Source: a virus
Strand: one strand, 5' to 3'
DNA: 64,000 nucleotides
IMG/VR virus record: IMGVR_UViG_3300027969_000045
Below are positions 1 through 7,253 of the stretch, one piece after another (within the stretch, counting starts at the first letter, position 1; every line of letters begins with the position of its first letter). The translations under genes and the position numbers were made by a program. The notes below the pieces were generated by a model. That model saw only the letters and a program-made list of their open reading frames with translations. It was not told where the DNA came from and did not search any database.

Positions 1-26
1 AAGTTCTACGAAGTTTGATTAGTCCT

Positions 27-86
27 TGTGCCACTTCTTCTGGTGGCACACTACCCATTGCCTGACGGTCCAATCCGTGTTATGAT
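27..86 (+). promoter_or_regulatory. Palindrome-promoter cassette 1 (TGTGCCA-N10-TGGCACA + sigma70 promoter)
   Basis: TGTGCCA 27-33, TGGCACA 44-50, TTGCCT 58-63, 17-nt spacer, TGn-TATGAT 81-86. Confidence 0.85.
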
Positions 87-116
87 GACTACATCAACAG
101 TTAAAGAGGTGACACA

Positions 117-254
117 ATGATTGAAACTTCTCTCGTGCTTCACGAAGACCTTGAGTTCTTTGCTCATTATCTTGGTGTAGATTATGAAGACTATTATGAA
201 CTTTATCTTGGCATCGTTCAAGATGAAGAAGATGAAAGTCTAGTTGCTGTTTGA
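117..254 (+). CDS. Small acidic early protein (45 aa, ends SLVAV)
   Basis: Hand-translated MIETSLVLHEDLEFFAHYLGVDYEDYYELYLGIVQDEEDESLVAV; GAGG RBS; directly downstream of the promoter. Confidence 0.75.
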   Translation: MIETSLVLHEDLEFFAHYLGVDYEDYYELYLGIVQDEEDESLVAV

Positions 255-314
255 TGATTATAGTCCTGGGATGACTCAAAAAGCACCAAAACCCTTCACT
301 TTACTTTTTATATA

Positions 315-548
315 ATGACTGCTCCTGCTTCTTTGATTGCTCTTGCTGCTGAACTCGTGGATACGAATCCTGCTGCTTCTCAACTGATTGTGAATCTTGG
401 TAATGCTGAAACTGGTGATGAAGTGCTTGAAGCACTGAATACCTATGATGAATCCATTCTTGATTCTCTGGAATCTGTTGATGAAGATGAAGATGAAGAT
501 GAGACTGATGAAGTTGAAGTTGATGAAACTGAACTCGTTGCTGTCTGA
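315..548 (+). CDS. Highly acidic hypothetical protein (77 aa, ends ELVAV)
   Basis: ORF track; D/E-rich C-terminal half; followed by a terminator. Confidence 0.8.
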   Translation: MTAPASLIALAAELVDTNPAASQLIVNLGNAETGDEVLEALNTYDESILDSLESVDEDEDEDETDEVEVDETELVAV

Positions 549-560
549 TAAGTAATATCA

Positions 561-586
561 GGGAGAGAGAAATCTCTTCCTTTCTT
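561..586 (+). terminator. Probable intrinsic terminator
   Basis: GGGAGAGA-GAAA-TCTCTTCC followed by TTTCTT. Confidence 0.65.
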
Positions 587-660
587 GTCTCAGTAACTCA
601 GTGGATCAGAGTATCCGGTTTCTACCCGGTTAGTCGGGGGTTCGAATCCCTCCTGAGACG
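587..660 (+). tRNA. tRNA-Arg(UCU)
   Basis: Acceptor GTCTCAG/CTGAGAC; anticodon loop TT-TCT-AC; T-arm GGGGG-TTCGAAT-CCCTC; no encoded CCA. Confidence 0.92.
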
Positions 661-683
661 TTATACAAATACCCCTCAAGACA

Positions 684-1454
684 ATGAAACTGAAAATTTT
701 ATCGGACCTTCACCTTGAGCACTATTGTGCTGGACAATACTTTGACCCAGGAGAAGGTGATGTTTTAGTTCTTGCTGGTGATATTCTTTGTGCCAAGCAC
801 TTGAAGAAGAATGGTTATCTTGCCGAAGTGTATGAAAAGTTCCTGACTGATTGTAGCAAGAACTATCAAAAGGTTCTCTATGTGAAAGGAAATCACGAGG
901 CATATGGATATAATTACGAAGGAACACACAAAACCATTGAGGAGCATCTTCCTGATAACTTTCAGTTGATGGAGAATGATACAGTCAAAATTGGTGATTG
1001 GAACTTCATTGGATTTACATTCTGGACTGATTTTCGTAATGAGAATCCATTGGAAATGATGTATGCTCAACAGTATATGAATGATTACAAAGTCATTCGC
1101 ATTACTTCCAATTTCCGTAAGTTGAATACAAATGATACTCTTGGTTTTCATAAGAAGAGCAAGGAGTATCTTCTCAATCAACTTCAAGAATTAAATGAGA
1201 ATGTATTCGTCATTAGTCATATGGCACCGAGTTATCAATCGGTTGCTCCTCAATTCAAGAACACAGAAAATGGTGCTTTTGTAAGTGATTTGGATGATTT
1301 GATTTTAAGTTATCCTCAAATCAAATACTGGATTCATGGTCATGTCCATTCGTATTTTAACTATAATATTGGGGGATGTAAAATTCTATGTAATCCTGGT
1401 GGTTATCCTGGTCAAGACACAGGATTTAATCCAAATCTGGAAATTGAGATTTAG
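684..1454 (+). CDS. Calcineurin-like metallophosphoesterase
   Basis: Motifs SDLH, AGDI, GNHE, SH, HGHVH. Confidence 0.92.
   Translation: MKLKILSDLHLEHYCAGQYFDPGEGDVLVLAGDILCAKHLKKNGYLAEVYEKFLTDCSKNYQKVLYVKGNHEAYGYNYEGTHKTIEEHLPDNFQLMENDTVKIGDWNFIGFTFWTDFRNENPLEMMYAQQYMNDYKVIRITSNFRKLNTNDTLGFHKKSKEYLLNQLQELNENVFVISHMAPSYQSVAPQFKNTENGAFVSDLDDLILSYPQIKYWIHGHVHSYFNYNIGGCKILCNPGGYPGQDTGFNPNLEIEI
1389..1436 (+). repeat. 48-bp direct repeat, copy 1 (copy 2 at 2234-2281)
   Basis: TGTAATCCTGGTGGTTATCCTGGTCAAGACACAGGATTTAATCCAAAT is identical at both sites. Confidence 0.95.
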
Positions 1455-2142
1455 ATTTTTTAATTCTTCCCTTTTTATAGGAAGAATCTGGTGGCAATAA
1501 TGACATACACTCTATTGTGCCATTATTCCACCAGCAAGTTCCTTTATTTTTAAATCTCCCATTTCCCCCAGCAAAACATTTTGTCTTCAATCTTCCTTTG
1601 ATATATCCATCCGGAATTTTATCAAAATCAACCATAAATTCTTCAATTTGATTATTAACCCAAATTCTTCCTTTTTGTCTATCTGCCCCAACTTTTGCTC
1701 CTATATTATTATATTTTAATCTTCCTCTAACATAGGTTTCATCTGGTGAATTTGGAGAAAAAGTTTGAACTTTTCCATTATTCCACCATTTACTATTTCT
1801 TCCATTCTCAACCATTTTATGAAATGATTTAATATACCCTTCCGTTTTACTTGTATCACCACCATCCAAGGATTCTATTTTTAAATTTGCCCATTCTTTT
1901 GATTCTACTATATTATTTTCATTGCTGAATGTTATAGCATCTTTTAGGCATTTTTCTTTATCATAATAAACATCCAAAATCTCTGTGCTTATATCATTTC
2001 CGTATTTTTTCAAATGCCTTCTCCACACTTTTCCCGAACCAAGATATGAATATGGATTTTCTCTTATTGTTTTTCCAAAATATTTTAATCCAGTTTTATT
2101 GTGAGTTTTCACATAAAGATATATTGGTTTATTGCTTGACAT
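1426..2142 (-). CDS. Free-standing GIY-YIG-like (Seg-type) homing endonuclease
   Basis: N-terminal IYLYVKTHNKTGLKYFGKT...YLGSG; three W(W/V)NN(G)...Y.(R/K)GR repeats; own late promoter; the only convincing minus-strand gene in the region. Confidence 0.75.
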   Translation of the reverse strand: MSSNKPIYLYVKTHNKTGLKYFGKTIRENPYSYLGSGKVWRRHLKKYGNDISTEILDVYYDKEKCLKDAITFSNENNIVESKEWANLKIESLDGGDTSKTEGYIKSFHKMVENGRNSKWWNNGKVQTFSPNSPDETYVRGRLKYNNIGAKVGADRQKGRIWVNNQIEEFMVDFDKIPDGYIKGRLKTKCFAGGNGRFKNKGTCWWNNGTIECMSLLPPDSSYKKGRIKKSKSQFPDLD

Positions 2143-2166
2143 TTTGATTTGTATGAAATATAATAC

Positions 2167-2174
2167 TATTTATA
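2167..2174 (-). promoter_or_regulatory. T4-type late promoter for the endonuclease
   Basis: TATTTATA = TATAAATA on the minus strand, 24 nt before the ATG. Confidence 0.75.
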
Positions 2175-2176
2175 AA

Positions 2177-2299
2177 ACACACGGTCACACTCACAACTTC
2201 TTTGATTATAAAATTGGAGATTGCCGAGTGATTTGTAATCCTGGTGGTTATCCTGGTCAAGACACAGGATTTAATCCAAATTTGATTTTGGGCATCTAG
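2177..2299 (+). pseudogene. Orphan 3' end of a metallophosphoesterase gene
   Basis: Translates THGHTHNFFDYKIGDCRVICNPGGYPGQDTGFNPNLILGI*, homologous to the C-terminus of 684-1454; no start codon. Confidence 0.9.
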
Positions 2300-2348
2300 A
2301 TATAATGGGAATACTTATTCTCAATTACAAACATTACTAAAAAGGTCG

Positions 2349-2825
2349 ATGGATTACTTAAAGATTGAAAGTGGTTCTCAAGTTCTGCTACTTAACGCAG
2401 ACTACAACCCAATTAACATTTGCTCATACCGTAAGGCAGTTATTCTTTCACTGAAAAACAAAGTTCAGGTTCTATCCAAGAGAGTAATTAGACTGATAAA
2501 CTATGTGCGTCTTCCATTTTCACGTTTAATGAGCACAGCACCCACACGCAATCTCATTATGAAACGTGATGGATATATCTGTTCTTATTGTGGAGCAAAG
2601 GAACAATTAACGATTGACCACATTCTACCTACATCCAAAGGTGGGCAGAATACTTGGGAGAATATGACTACTTGTTGCTTGAAGTGCAATTCCAAGAAAG
2701 GGGATAAACTACTGAAAGAAACAAATATGATTCTTCATAATCCTCCAACTATTCCTTTTAGTAAGATTTCACTCACTGTCCGTCAAAGTAAAAATTTGGA
2801 ATGGACGCAGTATGATTATACTTAA
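2349..2825 (+). CDS. HNH endonuclease (McrA-like family with N-terminal VLLLNADY motif)
   Basis: RDGYICSYCG...LTIDHILPTSKGGQNTWENMTTCCLKCNSKKG. Confidence 0.9.
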   Translation: MDYLKIESGSQVLLLNADYNPINICSYRKAVILSLKNKVQVLSKRVIRLINYVRLPFSRLMSTAPTRNLIMKRDGYICSYCGAKEQLTIDHILPTSKGGQNTWENMTTCCLKCNSKKGDKLLKETNMILHNPPTIPFSKISLTVRQSKNLEWTQYDYT

Positions 2826-2919
2826 TATAAATAATAGTGCCTTGATTGGCTGACACTTTTTAGGGTAGAGAGGAGGCAGAAATGCCTCTTTTCTTGTATA
2901 AATACCTATGTCAGCCAAT
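2826..2919 (+). ncRNA. Candidate two-hairpin antisense sRNA/leader between tandem late promoters
   Basis: TATAAATA 2826-2833; stem TGCCTTGA/TTAGGGTA with loop TTGGCTGACAC; GAAA-capped terminator-like stem 2868-2893; TATAAATA 2897-2904; TGTCAGCCAAT 2909-2919 is the reverse complement of 2845-2855. Confidence 0.55.
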
Positions 2920-2931
2920 TTAAGAGTAGAA

Positions 2932-3747
2932 ATGATTTACTACACTTACGCATATTTGCGTGAAGATAAGACACCTTATTACATAGGCAAAGGAAAAGGT
3001 AATAGGGCATATAGAAGAAGCAAAACAGATATTAAACCACCAAAGGATAAATCAAGAATATTAATACTCAAAAAGAACTTAACAGAAGAAGAAGCATTTA
3101 AGCACGAAATCTATATGATTGCGGTGTTTGGCAGAAAAGATTTAGGAACTGGTATTCTTCATAATAAAACTAATGGGGGTGATGGGTTTTCTGGATTTGT
3201 TCCAAGTGAAGAAACCAGAAAAAAATTGAGTGAGGCAAATAAAGGAAGAACTTTTTCGCAAGAACATAAAGAAAAATTAAGTATAATAAGAAAAGGCATA
3301 AATCTTTCAGAAGATACTAGAAGAAAGATAGGAGAATCTGGAAGGGGGAGAACACCTTGGAATAAAGGTAAAACTCTTTCCGAGGAAACTAAAAGAAAAA
3401 TAAGTGAAGCACATACAGGAAAATCACTTTCGGAAGAAACTAAAAGAAAAATAAGTGAAATGAATAAAGGTAGAAGCAAACCTCCTCTTTCGGAAGATAC
3501 TAGAAGAAAAATAAGTGAGGCAAATAAAGGAAGAAAATATACAATCATCAACAAACCACAATACGAAATAACTTTTAATAATAATGAAAAAATCATTATA
3601 TATGGAAAATTAGAATGGTGCTTACATAATGGATACAATTCTTCTAGTTTATATAAAGTCCAAACCAAAAAATGGAAAAAGTATAAAAATATAATTTCTG
3701 TAATTAAACTTGATACTGCTGTGCCACTCGTAACACTGGCACACTAA
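2932..3747 (+). CDS. GIY-YIG-like homing endonuclease with NUMOD3 repeats
   Basis: YYTYAYLRED..PYYIGKG N-terminus; about six (L)SEET(K/R)RKISEA-type repeats; the track start is 2908 but ATG 2932 fits the late promoter better. Confidence 0.85.
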   Translation: MIYYTYAYLREDKTPYYIGKGKGNRAYRRSKTDIKPPKDKSRILILKKNLTEEEAFKHEIYMIAVFGRKDLGTGILHNKTNGGDGFSGFVPSEETRKKLSEANKGRTFSQEHKEKLSIIRKGINLSEDTRRKIGESGRGRTPWNKGKTLSEETKRKISEAHTGKSLSEETKRKISEMNKGRSKPPLSEDTRRKISEANKGRKYTIINKPQYEITFNNNEKIIIYGKLEWCLHNGYNSSSLYKVQTKKWKKYKNIISVIKLDTAVPLVTLAH

Positions 3748-3777
3748 ACGGGCACAGACCCCAAAATGTGGTATTCT
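3720..3777 (+). promoter_or_regulatory. Palindrome-promoter cassette 2
   Basis: TGTGCCA 3720-3726, TGGCACA 3737-3743, TGg-TATTCT 3772-3777. Confidence 0.85.
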
Positions 3778-3833
3778 TAAGGAGTGGAGGGCAAGCAAGC
3801 ACTTCAAGCACTCAAATCCAAACTGAATTTCAA

Positions 3834-4016
3834 ATGACTGACACCACACGATACAAAATTACTTTAGTTGTTGACACTGACATTCATCCTCGCAAATGGA
3901 TTGCCGATGTTATTAACGGCAATCTAAATGAAAAGGAAGAACTTGTAGACTGGGAAACCGAAGAAGTCTCTAATGATTTTGAATTGCTTTCTTCAATTAA
4001 CGACGTTCCTAACTGA
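3834..4016 (+). CDS. Hypothetical protein
   Basis: ORF track; ATG 3834 chosen because it lies downstream of the promoter. Confidence 0.7.
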   Translation: MTDTTRYKITLVVDTDIHPRKWIADVINGNLNEKEELVDWETEEVSNDFELLSSINDVPN

Positions 4017-4018
4017 TT

Positions 4019-4414
4019 ATGACTGAATCCACCAACGAAGTTCTTCATTACACTCAAGTTCTTTGCGAAGTTCTTCGTGAGAACTACAAGCAATATAGTA
4101 TTGACTCTCATCGTCATTACATCACAAAAGGTGAGAATGTAGAGTATCACCAAGAACAAATTGATAAACTCAATGAAGGTCAAGACCTTGCCGAATATAT
4201 CATTGATAAAGGTCGCAAATACTATAAGATTGTATTAAAGAATCACGGACAAAAACACGCACACTTGTTTGTTGATATGAATACTGGGGATTGTTACAAA
4301 CCAGCATCCTACAAGGCACCTGCCAAAGGTATTCGGTATAATCTCCTCAACGATAAATCTCGTGAGGAAATGTATAAGAGAGCAGATTGGAGTGGCGGAT
4401 ATACATACAAATAA
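4019..4414 (+). CDS. Conserved phage hypothetical protein (GRKYYKI...KPAS.KAPAKG.RYNL type)
   Basis: ORF track; motif recalled from myovirus early regions. Confidence 0.8.
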   Translation: MTESTNEVLHYTQVLCEVLRENYKQYSIDSHRHYITKGENVEYHQEQIDKLNEGQDLAEYIIDKGRKYYKIVLKNHGQKHAHLFVDMNTGDCYKPASYKAPAKGIRYNLLNDKSREEMYKRADWSGGYTYK

Positions 4415-4433
4415 CCTTCCCCAATCATTCTGG

Positions 4434-4441
4434 TATAAATA
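4434..4441 (+). promoter_or_regulatory. T4-type late promoter
   Basis: TATAAATA 24 nt before the HNH gene. Confidence 0.75.
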
Positions 4442-4465
4442 GAAATAGTTAGTATCCAATCAACT

Positions 4466-4966
4466 ATGAAACTTATACCAGAATATGAGGCATATAGTGT
4501 CACCGAAGACGGTGTAATTTATTCACACAAAAAACCAGGAGGAAAGGGAAAAGGCAAAATTGTTGATTATTCTTATAAAAGGCAACTAAAACCGCAAACC
4601 AACCACAAAGGATACTTAAATGTTATTTTGGAACAAGGTAGTTTTAATGCTAAAACTATGCTTATTCACAGAGCAGTAGCATTAGCATACATTCCAAATT
4701 CAAATAATTATGACACCATAAATCACATTGACGAAAACAAAACAAACAATCACGTATCAAATCTTGAATGGATGAGTAATGCTGACAACGTAGCATATTC
4801 ACAAGCAAAAACAAGACTAATACAAACACCAGAGGGTGATAAAATAGAAATTACTAATTTATCAAAATGGTGTCGTGAAGTTTTAGGACTAAAATCATCA
4901 GGGAATATGTTAAGGAGTTTGAGAAATCCTAATATGCCCTGTATGGGATATAAATTACTTAAATAA
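4466..4966 (+). CDS. NUMOD4-type HNH homing endonuclease
   Basis: YEAYSVTEDGVIYS N-terminus; IHRAVALAYIPN...INHIDENKTNNHVSNLEWMSNADN. Confidence 0.9.
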   Translation: MKLIPEYEAYSVTEDGVIYSHKKPGGKGKGKIVDYSYKRQLKPQTNHKGYLNVILEQGSFNAKTMLIHRAVALAYIPNSNNYDTINHIDENKTNNHVSNLEWMSNADNVAYSQAKTRLIQTPEGDKIEITNLSKWCREVLGLKSSGNMLRSLRNPNMPCMGYKLLK

Positions 4967-4982
4967 CCTTCTCATATAACTA

Positions 4983-5174
4983 ATGTCAAACATTTCTTTC
5001 ACCAAAGGTCTTGAAGTTTATTATGATGGAATGTATGGCATAGTTGATTTCATCTGCGATCAATATATTACTGTTTGTGTAAGAGTAATGGACCACAAAT
5101 CTATGAATGTTTGTGTATTAGTTTATCCGGACAGATTTAATTTAGTAAAACTAGCAAAAGAATCTCAAAAATGA
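4983..5174 (+). CDS. Hypothetical protein
   Basis: ORF track; in operon. Confidence 0.7.
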   Translation: MSNISFTKGLEVYYDGMYGIVDFICDQYITVCVRVMDHKSMNVCVLVYPDRFNLVKLAKESQK

Positions 5175-5398
5175 CCGAATTCACTCACGATCAAAGTCCT
5201 GTTAAGATGGAATTTACATATGAAGAACATGATTTTCTGAATAGTATTCTAAATCATGCTCAGGAATGTTACGATTTTGCTGTAGACTACGACTATCGTG
5301 ATCTTCCAGAAGATTCCGAGATTCTGAAGAGATACAAAATGCTAGAATCCCTAAGAAATCGTTCAAGGGAACTTTGGTGTGTGAGATTCAGCAAATGA
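5171..5398 (+). CDS. Hypothetical protein
   Basis: ORF track; ATGA overlap with the previous gene. Confidence 0.75.
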   Translation: MTEFTHDQSPVKMEFTYEEHDFLNSILNHAQECYDFAVDYDYRDLPEDSEILKRYKMLESLRNRSRELWCVRFSK

Positions 5399-5484
5399 TT
5401 CCCCCAGCAATCATATTACTCATCATGGGACAGTTATGGGTTCTTGTAGTTTTTATTCTTGCTCTTTCTAATTTTCTAAACTGA
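5395..5484 (+). CDS. Small hydrophobic peptide (29 aa)
   Basis: MIPPAIILLIMGQLWVLVVFILALSNFLN; start and stop overlap both neighbours. Confidence 0.55.
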   Translation: MIPPAIILLIMGQLWVLVVFILALSNFLN

Positions 5485-5825
5485 TGAATAAACTTCTATT
5501 CCTTCTGTTGCTGCTTCCTGCTCCCGTATTTGCCGGACAACCATTCAAGTATCAAACTCCTTGTATTTTAGAATCACAGAATGTTCTAACAGAAGATATT
5601 TGTACGGTAGTTGAAGTTCGTGAAAAAGGTGGAGCACTTAAATCACGGAACATCTATTCAAACAAGTTCTCATTGACAATCAAATCTTATTTCAGCAAGG
5701 AAAAAGGATTTATGACTTGGGATTCATTTAACAAAATAGAATATCCTTGGCAATATAAGATTGACCCACTCAAAGGAAGTCTGGTGATGCCTGGAGTGTA
5801 TCTCAAAGAAGTTTCTTGGGATTAG
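5484..5825 (+). CDS. Putative secreted/periplasmic protein
   Basis: Signal peptide MNKLLFLLLLLPAPVFA. Confidence 0.75.
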   Translation: MNKLLFLLLLLPAPVFAGQPFKYQTPCILESQNVLTEDICTVVEVREKGGALKSRNIYSNKFSLTIKSYFSKEKGFMTWDSFNKIEYPWQYKIDPLKGSLVMPGVYLKEVSWD

Positions 5826-5834
5826 TGATACTGG

Positions 5835-5892
5835 TGTGCCACTTGTAGCACTGGCACACTCAACCGGCACAGACCCCAAAACGTGGTATTCT
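5835..5892 (+). promoter_or_regulatory. Palindrome-promoter cassette 3
   Basis: TGTGCCA 5835-5841, TGGCACA 5852-5858, TATTCT 5887-5892; 5826-5902 matches 3711-3787 at 71 of 77 nt. Confidence 0.85.
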
Positions 5893-5943
5893 TAAGGAGT
5901 GGGAGACAGGTGCCCCCACTTCAAACTTCAACTCAACAAACAA

Positions 5944-6177
5944 ATGATTCTTGACGTTTTTCATTACACTACTTCCCGTTGGGATTGGCAGTCTGGTGAA
6001 GTAAATCAAATGTGGATTCAAGAGATTGAAGAAGCACCTGATGTTTATAGGTACGTTGCCGTTGCTTACAATCCTCGCAAGGATTCAAGTATGGTGATGT
6101 CTAATCCTCGTGGGTATTTTGATACTCTGCAATGGGTTCAAAACTTCTGTGGTTCCTTCTCACTTCTTCCTAACTGA
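5944..6177 (+). CDS. Hypothetical protein
   Basis: ORF track; ATG 5944. Confidence 0.7.
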   Translation: MILDVFHYTTSRWDWQSGEVNQMWIQEIEEAPDVYRYVAVAYNPRKDSSMVMSNPRGYFDTLQWVQNFCGSFSLLPN

Positions 6178-6179
6178 TT

Positions 6180-6338
6180 ATGACTAATCTCATTTCCCGT
6201 ATCTTTGTAAGTGTTGTAATTATTGCTATTGTGTCTCTGTTTCTTCAATTTGCATTTCCATCTCTTACTGATAAACAAGCAATTGTGATTGGAAGTTTGG
6301 TTAATTTTCTTTATGAACCGCTCGTTGAAAACAAATGA
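6180..6338 (+). CDS. Small membrane protein (52 aa)
   Basis: Hand-translated MTNLISRIFVSVVIIAIVSLFLQFAFP...; ATGA overlap with the next gene. Confidence 0.65.
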   Translation: MTNLISRIFVSVVIIAIVSLFLQFAFPSLTDKQAIVIGSLVNFLYEPLVENK

Positions 6339-6670
6339 CTTTTTCTTTTTATCGTGTCTCTGCTGGTCTCTACGAAGTCCAGAAACATTCTAACACAGTT
6401 GGATTCATTCGTAAAGTAAATGCCAGCAAATGGCTGGTTGTTGATGTTGTTGATACTCCTCAACACGTTTCCAAAAGTCTCAAAGATGCCAAAGATGCCT
6501 GTATCAATCTCATTATCTTTGATGTAGTTGACAACACCTCTGAACCTGTGTATAATAACTCTGTTAGGGTTGATAATCATCTTAACTCTATTGAACTTCA
6601 AAGGCAAATGCTGGAGAATATGTGTAATCTTCAAGTCAAAGTTCCTACACTTCAACCTATTTCTTTTTGA
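6335..6670 (+). CDS. Hypothetical protein
   Basis: ORF track. Confidence 0.7.
   Translation: MTFSFYRVSAGLYEVQKHSNTVGFIRKVNASKWLVVDVVDTPQHVSKSLKDAKDACINLIIFDVVDNTSEPVYNNSVRVDNHLNSIELQRQMLENMCNLQVKVPTLQPISF
6528..6575 (+). promoter_or_regulatory. Consensus sigma70 promoter inside a CDS, followed by the ACTCTGTTAGGGTTGATA motif
   Basis: TTGACA 6528-6533, 17 nt, TATAAT 6551-6556, motif 6558-6575. Confidence 0.8.
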
Positions 6671-6680
6671 GGACAATTAA

Positions 6681-7052
6681 ATGAGTAAAGATTGGGAAGT
6701 AACTGTAATTACAGACTCTGGATTTTTTAAGAAAGTAAGAGTTGATGATTGTATTACAAGACAAGATGCAGAAGCAACAGCACTAGGTATGACTGGTGGT
6801 AAAAGAGTTGCTATGAGCAATCCAAAGACATATAATGATGAACCAGAATTTGAATCTGATTATTCTTATAGTCAACCTATTCGGCAATCTTCCTACAGTG
6901 GAGGGACGAGTGAATTTGAAATGTATATGGGTTTGATTGGGTCTGTGGGATTTCTTTGTTGGCTTCTTTGGATATTTTCTCCGATTCTTTCTTGTCTTCT
7001 AGCAATAGGTGTTATTTTGTTTGTGATTGGTATTCATCTTAGGTATAAATAA
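6681..7052 (+). CDS. Hypothetical membrane protein
   Basis: ORF track; two C-terminal hydrophobic segments. Confidence 0.75.
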   Translation: MSKDWEVTVITDSGFFKKVRVDDCITRQDAEATALGMTGGKRVAMSNPKTYNDEPEFESDYSYSQPIRQSSYSGGTSEFEMYMGLIGSVGFLCWLLWIFSPILSCLLAIGVILFVIGIHLRYK

Positions 7053-7064
7053 AATACCTTTCTT

Positions 7065-7149
7065 GCTGGAGTTAGCATAGAGGTCGAATGCACCGCACTT
7101 GTAATGCGGCACTTAAAAGTCATCGCAGGTTCAAATCCTGTCTCCAGCT
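7065..7149 (+). tRNA. tRNA-Thr(UGU) with a long variable arm
   Basis: Acceptor GCTGGAG/CTCCAGC; D-stem GCAT/ATGC; anticodon arm CCGCA-CTTGTAA-TGCGG; variable region CACTTAAAAGTCATC; T-arm GCAGG-TTCAAAT-CCTGT. Confidence 0.88.
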
Positions 7150-7164
7150 TATAACATATAATGA

Positions 7165-7222
7165 TGTGTCAGTTGTAGCACTGTCCATATAATTCTCACA
7201 GGCACAGAGACCGTGCTATAAT
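7165..7222 (+). promoter_or_regulatory. Palindrome-promoter cassette 4 (degenerate)
   Basis: TGTGTCA-GTTGTAGCAC-TGTCCAT, 28 nt, TGc-TATAAT 7217-7222. Confidence 0.75.
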
Positions 7223-7253
7223 GACTTACAACCAACGTGAATCCCCTTTGTTT

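Noticed and set aside
255-290. AGTC-CTGGGAT-GACT-CAAAAAGCACCA as a preQ1-like pseudoknot riboswitch
   Set aside because: Only a 4-bp stem; loop nucleotides do not clearly match the consensus; single copy; needs an Rfam search
1426-2299. Group I intron in the phosphoesterase gene
   Set aside because: The upstream gene is complete with its own stop, the endonuclease is on the opposite strand, and there is no room for an intron core
3199-3535. Repeated GAAGA(A/T)ACTA(A/G)AAGAAAAATAAGTGA units
   Set aside because: They encode NUMOD3 motifs of the endonuclease and are not an independent element
3768-3833. Longer upstream starts given by the ORF track (3768, 5899, 7221, 13564, 13803, 15501, 15716)
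   Set aside because: They begin inside or immediately after promoter elements or inside upstream genes; downstream ATGs with A/C-rich leaders fit better
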